From positions 248,001-312,000 of the forward strand of contig CDROCS010002546.1 in assembly GCA_977020255.1 (NCBI GenBank): DNA of 64,000 bases, given 5' to 3'. The position numbers and the translations under genes are program-made. The notes beneath the pieces are model-generated. The model ran no database searches and was not told the DNA's origin. It saw only the letters and a list, made by a program, of their open reading frames with translations. The DNA is from Obrimoposthia wandeli. Lineage: Eukaryota. This document shows, piece after piece, positions 1 to 12,374 of the stretch; position 1 is the first letter of the stretch, and every line of letters begins with the position of its first letter.

Positions 1-1079
1 TCTAGTGAAACAGAATATTTAAATTTGAAGGATTTTCTATTATATTTGAAAATTAAAGTTTTAAAAAATAATGGAACAAACAGTTATATTAACATGGAGG
101 AAGCAGATAAATTTATACCAACAAATTTCTTTTTCCATACACTATTTAAAGAATTGCAAATTCACCTGAATAATACTTGTATTGAAGGAGGAAATGGTAA
201 TTATGCTCACAAGGCTTTGATTGAATCTATGCTTAATTATAGTAAAGATACGAAAAGTGTTTCATTAGATGGAATTGGTTATGATAGTGATGAGAATGTA
301 CAAAAAGGGTGGATTGGAAAATCTAATGAATTTGAGTTGTGCGGTTCAATTTGATCGGATTTTCTTGAACAACCCAAATATCTGCTTCCCGGTATGAATG
401 TCGGTATAAAATTGATTATTTCCAATGCAAACATGTCACTAAAAACAGGTACAACTCATTGTAGAATAAAATATTTAGATGCTAGAATGAAAGTTAGACG
501 TGTACAAGTTGAACCATCAGTTTGGAAACTCAAAATGCGGTATATCCATATAGACGGGGAAAAGTGGTACATTATTCACTACCTAAAGGCGCTACAACAT
601 TTTATAAATCACCAATTTTTGATGATGAGCAATTACCTAATTTTTTTTTGGTTTCATTTCAACATAATCTTAAAATGGATGGGTCTAGTGCAACAGACAC
701 TTCGGAATTTGATTATTGTAATGTCGGTTCAATTTCCCTTAATAGAAACACTGATTTTGTTGAAACATATACTACAAACTTTGAAAAAGATGAATACATG
801 TTTGCGTATATTCAATCACTGGTTAGAAACATGGGATTATTGGATAAGAATATAAACATAGGTATAACATCTGAAGATTTTAAGGAATGTTACCCATTTT
901 TTACATTCGTATTGGCCCCTGACTTTGATTTAAAACAACATCAATTACCGATACAAGTTAATCTAAGACTTGACGTAAAGTTTCTCACCGGATTGGAACA
1001 TTCATCAAACATTATAATTTACGGTGTTTTCGATACTGAAATTCAAGTAACTAAAGGCAAATGGGCAATTGTAGGATGA
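1..1079 (+). pseudogene. Polinton/Maverick major capsid protein, C-terminal part, disrupted
   Basis: ORF pieces 25-354, 394-855 and 522-1079 join into one reading (FFFHTLFKELQIHLN...YAHKALIESML...FLEQPKYLLPG...YPFFTFVLAPD...NLRLDVKF...IIIYGVFD). It has an in-frame TGA at 352-354 and a frameshift near 520. It lies directly upstream of an adenain-type protease, as expected in Polintons. Confidence 0.8.
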
Positions 1080-1130
1080 AGTAAGTGTTGAGTATTTATT
1101 GATCTTAATAAATGTGGTTCTAAACAGGTT

Positions 1131-1445
1131 AATACTGTGGAAATTGAATTATTGGAACATAAATTCAAATGAGTGTTTCCTATGGATAAAATACCGATTC
1201 TAAAGCCTGGTGGATATGTTGTAAATACTCATACAAGTAATTTACCTGGTGAACACTGGATTGCACTATTCAATAGACGTGATAGTGTACACGTATTCGA
1301 TCCTCTAGGAATTTATTATCCATCAGCACTCATCAGACATGTGGAAACTCAAGATAAACGTCATGTATTATATAATAAAACTCGTATGCAAAACCGATTA
1401 ACTACTAATTGTGGTCCTTTATGTCTTTTATGGTTGTATCATTAA
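1131..1445 (+). pseudogene. Polinton adenain-like cysteine protease
   Basis: NTVEIE...KFK*VFPMDKIP...VVNTHTSNLPGEHWIAL...VFDPLG...MQNRLTTNCG carries the H, D, Q and C catalytic residues in order. A TGA replaces the expected Gly codon just before 1173. Confidence 0.85.
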
Positions 1446-2236
1446 GTTTCTTAATACATTTTAGGAATTTAAACGACTTATTTTATAAAAATATATATAT
1501 AGATTATAAATATTAATTTCAATAAAATTTATAAAATACATTTATAAATTACATGTTTTACAATCGTTTGCAAATTGTTTTTATGAAAAATAATAAACCT
1601 TTTTAAAAATATTAATTAAAAACTTAAAAACTCTAAAAAAATACTGTATGATCATACTAAATTACATAAACGATAAACTAGAAAAATAAATTTTAAAAAT
1701 TTCTTACATTTTCAGAATCTGAAATTTATTTAGAAATATAAAAATATAAAAAATTTAAACTTATAATTTAGATTCGTTAGAATTTTACAAAACTTTTCTA
1801 AATAAATTTTAAAAACATTTACACTTGCAAATAAATTTGTTATTTCCAAAGACATGAAAATAATAGCAAACATATTATGACATACTGTATTTCACAATAT
1901 AGATTTTAATCTATGAACTTTTAAAACGATAGAATGGAATCTTTTGTATCAAAAGCTGAATTTGAGATTAAGAACTCAAAAATTACAAATTGGATACTTA
2001 CAGAATCAGGCAGATATTAAAGAGTTGAAAATCGAAGTTGAGAAGTTAGAACTTCTCATCTTAAAACGTCAACTACAAAACTTAAAGTTGTAAAAAAATA
2101 TATATATTTTTTGTATTTTTTCGTTGAACAATCAAAATTGAGTATAAACATGAACTGATTTCATTATTATTTATTATCTTGTTGTTATAAACACATAGTA
2201 TAAAATAAATATTTGTATATCCTTATTATTTTTTAA

Positions 2237-2386
2237 ATGGAAACTGTTTAGACACGTATAATATCGGTTAACCACCAGCTTCATACAACATTTACCTCTA
2301 AAATTGCTTTAAAATGTTTTGATGATAAAAGGAGATGGGTTAGTAAGAATAAAAGCCTTGTTTACGGTCATTTTAATTTAACTTAA
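2237..2386 (+). pseudogene. Protein-primed DNA polymerase B (pPolB) C-terminal fragment
   Basis: Reads SVNHQLHTTFTSKIALKCFDDKRRWVSKNKSLVYGHF* and is nearly identical to the pPolB end at ~38490-38612. Confidence 0.85.
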
Positions 2387-2392
2387 TAAGAT

Positions 2393-2558
2393 ATATATTG
2401 GCTTGAGTTCGTATGCATGATTTAAAAGGCATTTAACGACATTCTGTCTAAAAATGACTATATATACATTTTAAGCACTATATTGTTGGTACGAACTCAA
2501 AGGAACAACCCCAAGGGGGCTTTTTTCCCTTGAGTTCGTACCGACACTATTTACTACT
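2393..2558. mobile_element. Polinton right terminal repeat with subterminal hairpin
   Basis: Ends in ACTACT at 2553-2558. The 17-bp stem TGTTGGTACGAACTCAA/TTGAGTTCGTACCGACA is homologous to the termini at 35112 and 39514. Confidence 0.8.
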
Positions 2559-2919
2559 GCCTATCCTCCACCTAATTTGAATTTACTAATAGCCGATTAG
2601 TCCGCAGTACCAAGCTTCGATTTTTTCGTTATTTTATTCTTTTATTTCCGTCATATTTTTTGGTTAATTTTTATTAGTTAATTTATGTCTAAATAAAAAT
2701 TACAAATATAATAGAAAATAATAGTAAACAGAATAATTAAAATGTTTTGATATCAAATAAAATCATTATAATTATGTTTTCTTTCTTAGACATAATTCAA
2801 GACTTCGATTTCACAACACAATTTATATTCCGATTATTAAATATCAGTTCTTAAACAAATTATTGAGAGTATGATAATTCCGGTTTCTGATTACATAACT
2901 TTCCCCTTCACAAATCAAA

Positions 2920-5140
2920 TTTACACTTCTTCAGCCATTCGATTCTCCTGGGAAGTATTCCTCTTGGAAACTGAATTGATACTTTTCGTGGACTCATGAA
3001 TTCTATTATTATGAATGGGCCTTCATACTGGTCACTATCCTTGCTTCTTTTAATTGGGTCCTTTTTAACAAGCACCTTTTCATTAACTTCAAATATCCTT
3101 TCCTCTCTTCTTTCATTGTCTAACTTCTTTAACTTTTCAGCTGCGATTTGTTGATTTTTCCTTACGTCTTGAATGATATTTTCTTTATTGTTTGTTGTTG
3201 TATTTTATGCTTGAATTGTTATTTTTTTTCCACAAATGACCTCAAACGGTGAATGTTTTGAAGAACTATTTACTGTTGGATTTATAGCAAATACAATTTG
3301 TGGCAATAAATCGTGCCAACATTTTCCTGTTTTAGTAGACGCCATTGTCGTTACAATCATATCTCTTACCGTGCGTAAAACTCTTTCTGCTAGACCGTTA
3401 GCTTGGTGTTGATAAGGTGCTGTAAGCTCTTCTTCAATACCAAATTTTCCTAGCCAATTCTGAAAATAATTTCCAGTAAATATTCGTCATCTATCTGTTA
3501 AAATACTCTTAGGTTTTCACAAATTTGTATATCCAATTTGTCTCGAGAGCTTTAGGAATTTTTATTTCATATTCTTTCGAGGTTGCTGATAGTGATACCA
3601 GTTTGCTAAATCGATCGATTACTATCAACATATATTTATCTTTAGATCTTCCTTCCTTCATGTGGGCTATATCGACAACTATTTGATCTAAAAAAATTTC
3701 TTTGATTTTAGGAATATATACTTCTTTTGTTCTGCTTGTTTCAATTTTTCTTTTGGCACAGAAAACGCACTTTGACATACATTATTTTATTTCTTGAAAA
3801 ATTCCTTTAAAATAAAAATTATCTTACATATAGTTATAAACGTTTTGTATTCCTAAATGACTAAGATAATTTCATTAGCGTTCTTAGGAGGTATGACAAA
3901 TAAATCTGTAAAATTTTGTTTTAAAAATAAAGGATATCATCGCAGAGTTTAAGTTTCTCTCTTATTTGATAAATCTAACTTATTTTGCATTCTTCCGATA
4001 AATCCTTAATTTCTAATTGGAGAAATTATTTCATTTCTTTCACATGAATATCTTCTTGTTGTATTTTCCTTATCTTACTGAAGAAGTTGTCTTTGTTTAG
4101 TGAGTTAATATATCGTATTTTAGATATCTACTCTTGTGCATCTATATGTTTAGTTTCAAACTGAGCACATACTGTTTCATTTAATCTTGACTTACCATCG
4201 GCATTACCATGGTCAATACCTTTACGATGTTCTAACTTAAAATTAAATTCTGATAAATTTTCCAGCCATGTTCGAAATTGAAGACTGATTGGTTTTTTCG
4301 TCGTTCTTAAAAATACTAATGCTTTATGATCTGTTCTTGCCAAAAATTCTGTTCCATATAAATATTGTTTGAAATGTATAATAAACTCGTATACTGCTAA
4401 AAGTTCTTTTCTGGTAATACAATATCCTTTATCATGGGAAGTCAGATGTTTTGAAGCGTATGAAATCACTTTTTCGTTTCTCATTTCATCCAGTTGGCTC
4501 AATTCTGCCGATTCGCACCAAAGCGAGCGTCTGTATCATTATAAATTTTATATTTCACTTGGGAAAATCTAATATGAAATATGTTGTTAATCTTTCTGTA
4601 GGGAGTGCAAAACTTGGTTTACAATCCGGTGACCATTGTATTGAATTCTTATCTTCGGACCCCACTGCATATAGTGGAGCTGCCATATTTACATAATCTT
4701 TAATAAATTGTCAATAATAGTTTGCCATTCCTAAAAATGATTTTAGTTTTTTGCTACAATCTGGTTCTTTGAAATTTATAATTTAATTGAATTTCGACTG
4801 ATTTGTATGTATTCCGCTTTCTGTTATGGTATGACCTAGGAATTTTAACTGTTTCTGGCCAATGTAGCATTTATTAGGGTTTATTTTGAGGCCTGTCGCT
4901 GAAATTCTTTTGAATACCTATCTTAATAATGTATAACGTTCTTCTTGGGTGTTACTATAAACAAGGATATCATCCAAATATACAATTGTTCCATTGAACA
5001 ACAAACCATCCAATATGTTATGCATCAAACCCAAATGGCAAGCGATTGAAACAAAATAGTCTCAATTTTGTACCGAAAGGCGTTTTAGCCTGAGACTCAT
5101 TCTCTAGATGTACCTGGAAATAAGCTTGTCCAATATCTAA
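2920..5140 (-). mobile_element. Ty3/gypsy LTR-retrotransposon pol relic (RT-RNase H-integrase)
   Basis: Minus-strand translation gives RT IVYLDDILVYS and LKFLGH, RNase H YCITRKELLAV...TDHKAL, Zn-finger CVFC, and integrase TAPYQHQANGLAER...SPFEV. The domain order is gypsy-type. Multiple stops and frameshifts. Confidence 0.9.
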
Positions 5141-5434
5141 TGTCTAGTGTAAAGGTATCAAGAGGTATCAACACCTATTTTCGTTTATTTGAGAAAGTAC
5201 ACTTTACACTACTTCATTAGCTGCGCAGTGATTACAGGCGATGTTACAGCGTCCCGAGAACCATTTACTAGAGTGGAAAAATAAAGTTATGTGATGTCCA
5301 CAGCAAACAATATTGTTTTTTCTTCGTGAATGGCCGGTTTCCCTATTTGAATGTGTGTACCATTGTTAGGACTCACAGTAGTATTTTATTTTATAAAATA
5401 AGGTCAACATCTTCTATTGAACGGCCTTACGCAC

Positions 5435-5946
5435 CTGATCGCCAGTGTCAGTGTCGACGATGTGCAGAGGGAAGTCGATATTGAGCTCGTCACTGCTGAG
5501 CTCAAAGGAGCGGACGCATTGTTGCAGGTGGAGCTTATCATCTGCCGGTTGCTTCCCCAAAGCTTCCCTTACAGACGGCTCGATAGGAAAGGGCTGCTGT
5601 TGCTGGTGCAGGTGAACGAGGATGAGTGCTGCGCCATGCGGGTTTGGAGCGAGAGACGACGACCGAACTTCCGCACACATAGTGCCCCATCTCGCACCAG
5701 CAGCAGCACCATCAACACCAGCACCAGACACCATCTTACCACGATCTCCAAAGTCAGGTACATGTTCTTGCTGACATTTAGAGCCTCATCCAGTTTGCTC
5801 TCCCACTGCAAACTGGTCTTCACCCATTCTTCCACAACCACTGGACTCTGTGAGCTCTCATCGCCACTGTCGCTCGACTCTACCAACAGCTGAGACGTTG
5901 ACATTTCTTCTTCAATCGAATAACACAAGATGTGTTGGTAACGGTC
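5435..5946 (-). pseudogene. Diverged, frameshifted paralog of the tandem-array coding module
   Basis: Shares ESKL...RRLSLQTR and ALILVHLHQQ..PIEPSVR...DELNIDF...DQVRK with the array module. One frameshift lies near 5635. The acceptor-like TTTTTTCAG| and donor-like CAG|GTGCGT are both phase 0. Confidence 0.8.
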
Positions 5947-6016
5947 CTGAAAAAACATTTTAACAATTAATATGTCAACTTTTCAAAATATTCGATAGAG
6001 TTTTCTATATTTTTTA

Positions 6017-6053
6017 TTAACCCATTATATCACAGCGTCCTCATATGAGGACA
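6017..6053 (+). mobile_element. Solo piggyBac-like terminus
   Basis: TTAA|CCCATTATATCACAGC is followed by the perfect 16-bp palindrome GTCCTCATATGAGGAC (6037-6052). This is the same layout as MER85-type piggyBac ends. No partner end was found. Confidence 0.55.
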
Positions 6054-7232
6054 CTCACATTTTTTATGTGTGGTTATCTAAATATATCGCAATGATTAAA
6101 TTGAATATATGTACCGTATTTATGACAATAATTTTAGTCTAATAATTACACACAGTAAGTATTTTAGTGTATAAGAATGCTCAGATCCTCTACAATACTC
6201 TTTCTTGCTGCCAGATGTGACTTAAAATCTTCGGCGGATCTGCGGCACAACAAAGAACTAGTCTCTCTAGTTCGTTCTTTGGCCATGGAGCCACCTAATC
6301 TTCACTTCAGGAGTTTTAAACATGTTTAAGTACGTTTAGACAATTGCTGCGGTACAGTCGAATCTTCACTTTTTATGGGGGTATTCATTATTAATAGACA
6401 ATACCTCTTTTATTCCAGATTTCACATCGATATCAAATTGAAAAATTCATATAAATTAACTCCTAATTCATTGAAATTAAATCATCTTAACCCAAATTTC
6501 ACACAGGTTTCAAATAAATTGACAAAAATCGATAATTTCACTTCATTAAAACGAAATTAATTAAATGTACGTTAAATTCATTCAAATTAACTCAACATAA
6601 CCTTAAATTTCACATTGATTTCAAATAAATTACTAAATTTTGATTTTAGTTCATTAAAACCAAATTCAATTAAAATTTTGTAACAAAATTCTGGACTTTT
6701 TAGAGCAATTTCCAGAAAAACGCATTTTAGTTTTAGATGAGTTTTGTTAAAACTGATGTTTTGGATTGTAGTTTATGCTTTAAAACCAAAAACTTTACTT
6801 CTCTTCCAGTCGTTTATGGATTGAGTTTTACACATAAATCTCTAGTAGCTTCTCTAATTGATAATTGAAGGATCTTGATGTTTCTAATGTGTCTTCTTTC
6901 TTCCTTGCGAGTCCTCTCACAATATTTTAAGATATTCATCGTATGTTAGAAGTGAATTAAGAATATATTTTACAGTAACTATATGTATATGCTTAATTTT
7001 ATCGATTTGGTATCGATTGTTTCCTTCGCCTTTTAGTGGACCATTTTTCGTAAGCAGAACTGGCGATGTTCGATGAATCAAACATTAAATAAATACTTTT
7101 CAATTAATACACTTCTTTTAATTTATTCAATTTTGTCAAATCTTTCTGCAAGAACATAATTCGATTATTAAAATAATATATATTAGATCAATTTAAAAAT
7201 TATATGAAATTTCAGACAATGTCCTTACGCAC

Positions 7233-7919
7233 CTGATCAACAGTGCCAGTGCCGATGTGGAAGTCGATATTGAGATCATCGCTGCTGAACTCGAAGGTGC
7301 GACCGGAGCGTTGCAGGTGGAGCCTGGCGTCTACTAGTTGCTGACTCGCAGCTACCCGTACAGACGGCTCGATAGGACAGTGCTGGTGTTGCTGATGCAG
7401 GTGCACGAGAATGAGTGCTGCCGCCGTGCGGGTCTGGAGCGAGAGACGACGGCCGCACTCCCGCATACAAAGCGCCACATCTCGCGCCAGTGGTGCAGCC
7501 ATCGATTCCGGCACCAGACCGCACCGCGTTGCGACCTCCACTGCCAGACACACGTTTTCACGAACCTGAGCAATGGCCCCCAGTTTACTCTCGCGCTGCA
7601 AACTGACTACCACATCCGCTTCCCCTGGCAACTGAGCCTTCACCGACTCTTGGCCAGTCAGATGCGACAGTACCTCACACAGCAGCGGTACCAAGTCTGG
7701 GATGTGCTCATGCACGTCTTTCATGCTGATCTCAGCGGATATGCTCGACTTCAGCTCGCACCAATGCTCACATAGCTGCATAACTCTGTTTGCCAAGCTC
7801 AGATCCTCTTCCACAATCTTTCCTGCTGCCAGATGTGACTTAAAATCTTCCAGGAATTTCTTCTGAGACCAGAAACATTGCAGCTTAACTGGAATAGCTT
7901 GGAGACGTGCTTCGTCGAT
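7233..7919 (-). CDS. Array module copy A, 229-codon helix-rich domain of unknown function (probable exon)
   Basis: GC-rich open frame within ORF 7212-7970, bounded by TTTCCAG|ATC and CAG|GTGCGT, both phase 0. Confidence 0.75.
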
Positions 7920-8440
7920 CTGGAAATTATATGTAGAATTTTTTATTTTGACTCCAAATACAGTCTTCATGTTTTAGTTTTTTTATTGCAGAAATACACG
8001 ATTATTATTAGTTATTCAAAGATTTTAAAAAATTATTATATAAAATATTATGAAGATTTCAAAATATTCATGTTATTTTTGAGTGAATCACTTTAAGTAA
8101 ATAACAAATGAAGCTTGTAATAAATAACAAATGAAGCTTGTAAAAAACTAAAAAACTTAAGGCTTTGTTGAACAAGTATCTTTATACAAAATAAGTAATA
8201 ATAAATCAATTTTGAAAATGTCTTGAAGCCAAATTCAAGAAACAAGAAAAGAACTTTTAAAAATAAAATGTATTAAAACATAATTATTATATCTAAAATA
8301 TTCAACATTCTTAAAATTCCAAATTCCAAATATAACCAAATAATATTAATTGAGGTTTATTCCGTTTTGTCTAAATATACAATTTATAAATAACTTTATA
8401 AATAAAGTTGTCAAATAAATTTGATACTGCTTAGTGATGC

Positions 8441-8605
8441 TAGTAGTAAAAAGTGACGATTCGGCGGATCTGCGGCACAACAAAGAACTAGTCTCTCTAG
8501 TTCGTTCTTTGGCCATGGAGCCACCTAATCTTCACTTCAGGAGTTTTAAACATGTTTAAGTACGTTTAGACAATTGCTGCGGTACAGTCGAATCTTCCGT
8601 TTTTA
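8441..8605. other. Fold-back element in each array unit (Polinton-terminus-like, or a structured ncRNA)
   Basis: AGTAGT-AAAAAGTGACGATTCGGC...GTCGAATCTTCACTTTTT, with inner hairpins GAACTAG/CTAGTTC and the palindrome TTAAACATGTTTAA. Other copies lie at ~10671-10833, 12897-13060, 15144-15307 and 17368-17531, plus a 5'-truncated copy at 6230-6375. Confidence 0.55.
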
Positions 8606-9461
8606 GGGGGTATTCATTATTAATAGACAATACCTCTTTTATTCCAGATTTCACATCGATATCAAATTGAAAAATTCATATAAATTAACTCCTAATTCAT
8701 CGAAAATAAATCATCTTAACCCAAATTTCACGCAGGTTTCAAATAAATTGACAAAAATCGATAATTTCACTTCATTAAAACGAAATTAATTAAATGTACG
8801 TTAAATTCATTCAAATTAACTCAACATAACCTTAAATTTCACAATGATTTCAAATAAATTACTAAATTTTGATTTTAGTTCATTAAAACCAAATTCAATT
8901 AAAATTTTGTAACAAAATTCTGGACTTTTAGAGCAATTTCCAAAAATACGCTTTTTTAGTTTTAGATGAATTTTGTTAAAACTGATGTTTTGGATTGTAG
9001 TTTAAGCTTTAAAACCAAAAACTTTACTTCTCTTCCAGTCGTTTATGGATTGAGTTTTACACATAAATCTCTAGTAGCTTCTCTAATTGATAATTGAAGG
9101 ATCTTGATGTTTCTAATGTGTCTTCTTTCTTCCTTGCGAGTTTTCTCACAATTTTTTAAGATATTCATCGTATGTTAGAAGTGAATTAAGAATATATTTT
9201 ACAGTAACTATATGTATATGCTTAATTTTATCGATTTGGTATCGATTGTTTCCTTTGCCTTTTAGTGGACCATTTTTCGTAAGCAGAACTGGCGATGTTC
9301 GATGAACCAAACATTAAATAAATATTTTTCAATGAATACACTTCTTTTAATTTATTCAATTTTGTCAAATCTTTCTGTAAGAACATAATTCGACTTTTCA
9401 AACAATATATATTAGATCAATTTAAAAATTATATGAAATTTCAGACAATGTCCTTACGCAC

Positions 9462-10148
9462 CTGATCAACAGTGCCAGTGCCGATGTGGAAGTCGATATT
9501 GAGATCATCGCTGCTGAACTCGAAGGTGCGACCGGAGCGTTGCAGGTGGAGCCTGGCGTCTACTAGTTGCTGACTCGCAGCTGCCCGTACAGACGGCTCG
9601 ATAGGACAGTGCTGGTGTTGCTGATGCAGGTGCACGAGAATGAGTGCTGCCGCCGTGCGAGTCTGGAGCGAGAGACGACGGCCGCACTCCCGCATACAAA
9701 GCGCCACATCTCGCGCCAGTGGTGCAGCCATCGATTCCGGCACCAGACCGCACCGCGTTGCGACCTCCACTGCCAGACACACGTTTTCACGAACCTGAGC
9801 AATGGCCCCAAGTTTGCTCTCGCGCTGCAAACTGACTTCCACATCCGCTTTCCCTGGCAACTGAGCCTTCACCGACTCTTGGCCAGTCATATGCGACAGT
9901 ACCTCACACAGCAGCGGCACCAAGTCTGGGATGTGCTTATGCACCTCTTTAATGCTGATCTCAGCGAATATGCTCGACTTCAGCTCGCACCAATGCTCAC
10001 ATAGCTGCATAACTCTATTTGCCAAGCTTAGATCCTCTTCCACAATCTTTCCTGCTGCCAGATGTGACTTAAAATCTTCCAGGAATTTCTGTTGAGACCA
10101 GAAACATTGCAGCTTAACTGGAATAGCTCGGAGACGTGCTTCGTCGAT
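9462..10148 (-). CDS. Array module copy B
   Basis: Intact frame and the same splice-like boundaries. It has the most private amino-acid changes of the six copies. Confidence 0.75.
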
Positions 10149-11690
10149 CTGGAAATTATATGTAGAATTTTTTATTTTGACTCCAAATACAGTCTTCATG
10201 TTTTAGTTTTTTTATTGCAGAAATACACGATTATTATTAGTTATTCAAAGATTTTAAAAAATTATTATATAAAATATTATGAAGATTTCAAAATATTCAT
10301 GTTATTTTTGAGTGAATCACTTTAAGTAAATAACAAATGAAGCTTGTAATAAATAACAAATGCAGCTTGTAAAAAAGTAAACAACTTAAGGCTTTGTTGA
10401 ACAAGTATCTTTATACAAAATAAGTAATAATAAATCAATTTTGAAAATGTCTTGAAGCCAAATTCAAGAAACAAGAAAAGAACATTTTAAAATAAAATGT
10501 ATTAAAACATAATTATTATATCTAAAATATTCAACATTCTTAAAATTCCAAATTCCAAATATAATCAAATAATATTAATTGAGGTTTATTCCGTTTTGTC
10601 TAAATATACAATTTATAAATAACTTTATAAATAAAGTTGTCAAATAAATTTGATACTGCTTAGTGTTGCTAGTAGTAAAAGTGACGATTCGGCGGATCTG
10701 CGGCACAACAAAGAACTAGTCTCTCTAGTTCGTTCTTTGGCCATGGAGCCACCTAATCTTCACTTCAGGAGTTTTAAACATGTTTAAGTACGTTTAGACA
10801 ATTGCCGCGGTACAGTCGAATCTTCACTTTTTATGGGGGTATTCATTATTAATAGACAATACCTCTTTTATTCAAGATTTCACATCGATATCAAATTGAA
10901 AAATTCATATAAATTAACTCCTAATTCATCGAAATTAAATCATCGTAACCCAAATTTCACACAGGTTTCAAATAAATTGACAAAAATCGATAATTTCACT
11001 TCATTAAAACGAAATTAATTAAATGTACTTTAAATTCATTCAAATTAACTCAACATAACCTTAAATTTCACATTGATTTCAAATAAATTACTAAATTTTG
11101 ATTTTAGTTCATTAAAACCAAATTCAATTAAAATTTTGTAACAAAATTCTGGACTTTTTAGAGCAATTTCCAGAAAAACGCATTTTAGTTTTAGATGAGT
11201 TTTGTTAAAACTGATGTTTTGGATTGTAGTTTATGCTTTAAAACCAAAAACTTTACTTCTCTTCCAGTCGTTTATGGATTGAGTTTTACACATAAATCTC
11301 TAGTAGCTTCTCTAATTGATAATTGAAGGATCTTGATGTTTCTAATGTGTCTTCTTTCTTCCTTGCGAGTCCTCTCACAATTTTTTAAGATATTCATCGT
11401 ATGTTAGAAGTGAATTAAGAATATATTTTACAGTAACTATATGTATATGCTTAATTTTATCGATTTGGTATCGATTGTTTCCTTCGCCTTTTAGTGGACC
11501 ATTTTTCGTAAGCAGAACTGGCGATGTTCGATGAACCAAACATTAAATAAATATTTTTCAATTAATACACTTCTTTTAATTTATTCAATTTTGTCAAATC
11601 TTTCTGCAAGAACATAATTCGATTATTAAAATAATATATATTAGATCAATTTAAAAATTATATGAAATTTCAGACAATGTCCTTACGCAC

Positions 11691-12374
11691 CTGATCAACA
11701 GTGCCAGTGCCGATGTGGAAGTCGATATTGAGATCATCGCTGCTGAACTCGAAGGTGCGACCGGAGCGTTGCAGGTGGAGCCTGGCGTCTACTAGTTGCT
11801 GACTCGCAGCTACCCGTACAGACGGCTCGATAGGACAGTGCTGGTGTTGCTGATGCAGGTGCACGAGAATGAGTGCTGCCGCCGTGCGGGTCTGGAGCGA
11901 GAGACGGCCGCACTCCCGCATACAAAGCGCCACATCTCGCGCCAGTGGTGCAGCCATCGATTCCGGCACCAGACCGCACCGCGTTGCGACCTCCACTGCC
12001 AGACACACGTTTTCACGAACCTGAGCAATGGCCCCAAGTTTGCTCTCGCGCTGCAAACTGACTTCCACATCCGCTTCCCCTGGCAACTGGGCCTTCACCG
12101 ACTCTTGGCCGGTCAGATGCGACAGTACCTCACACAGCAGCGGCACCAAGTCTGGGATGTGCTCATGCACGTCTTTCATGCTGATCTCAGCGAATATGCT
12201 CGACTTCAGCTCGCACCAATGCTCACATAGCTGCATAACTCTATTTGCCAAGCTTAGATCCTCTTCCACAATCTTTCCTGCTACCAGATGTGACTTAAAA
12301 TCTTCCAGGAATTTCTTCTGAGACCAGAAACATTGCAGCTTAACTGGAATAGCTTGGAGACACGCTTCGTCGAT
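11691..12374 (-). CDS. Array module copy C
   Basis: Intact frame with an in-frame 3-nt deletion (ECGRL instead of ECGRRL). Confidence 0.75.

Noticed and set aside
1-1445. Alternative genetic code suggested by in-frame stops
   Set aside because: All three stop types occur together with frameshifts across the relics, and the intact ORFs need no reassignment. This is ordinary decay.
6375-6560. Recurrent 61-aa and 72-77-aa plus-strand ORFs in the spacers
   Set aside because: They are AT-rich, low-complexity frames repeated only because the unit is repeated. The 61-aa ATG is lost in the copy at ~8605.
7021-7060. U5 snRNA loop-1-like GCCTTTTA (also GCCTTTTAC at ~19508)
   Set aside because: The flanking bases do not form the closing stem, and no properly placed Sm site or 3' stem-loop is present.
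7276-7775. Overlapping and antisense ORFs in each array unit (145, 91, 63, 73-97 aa)
   Set aside because: They are shadows of the GC-rich coding block and vary in start and length between copies.
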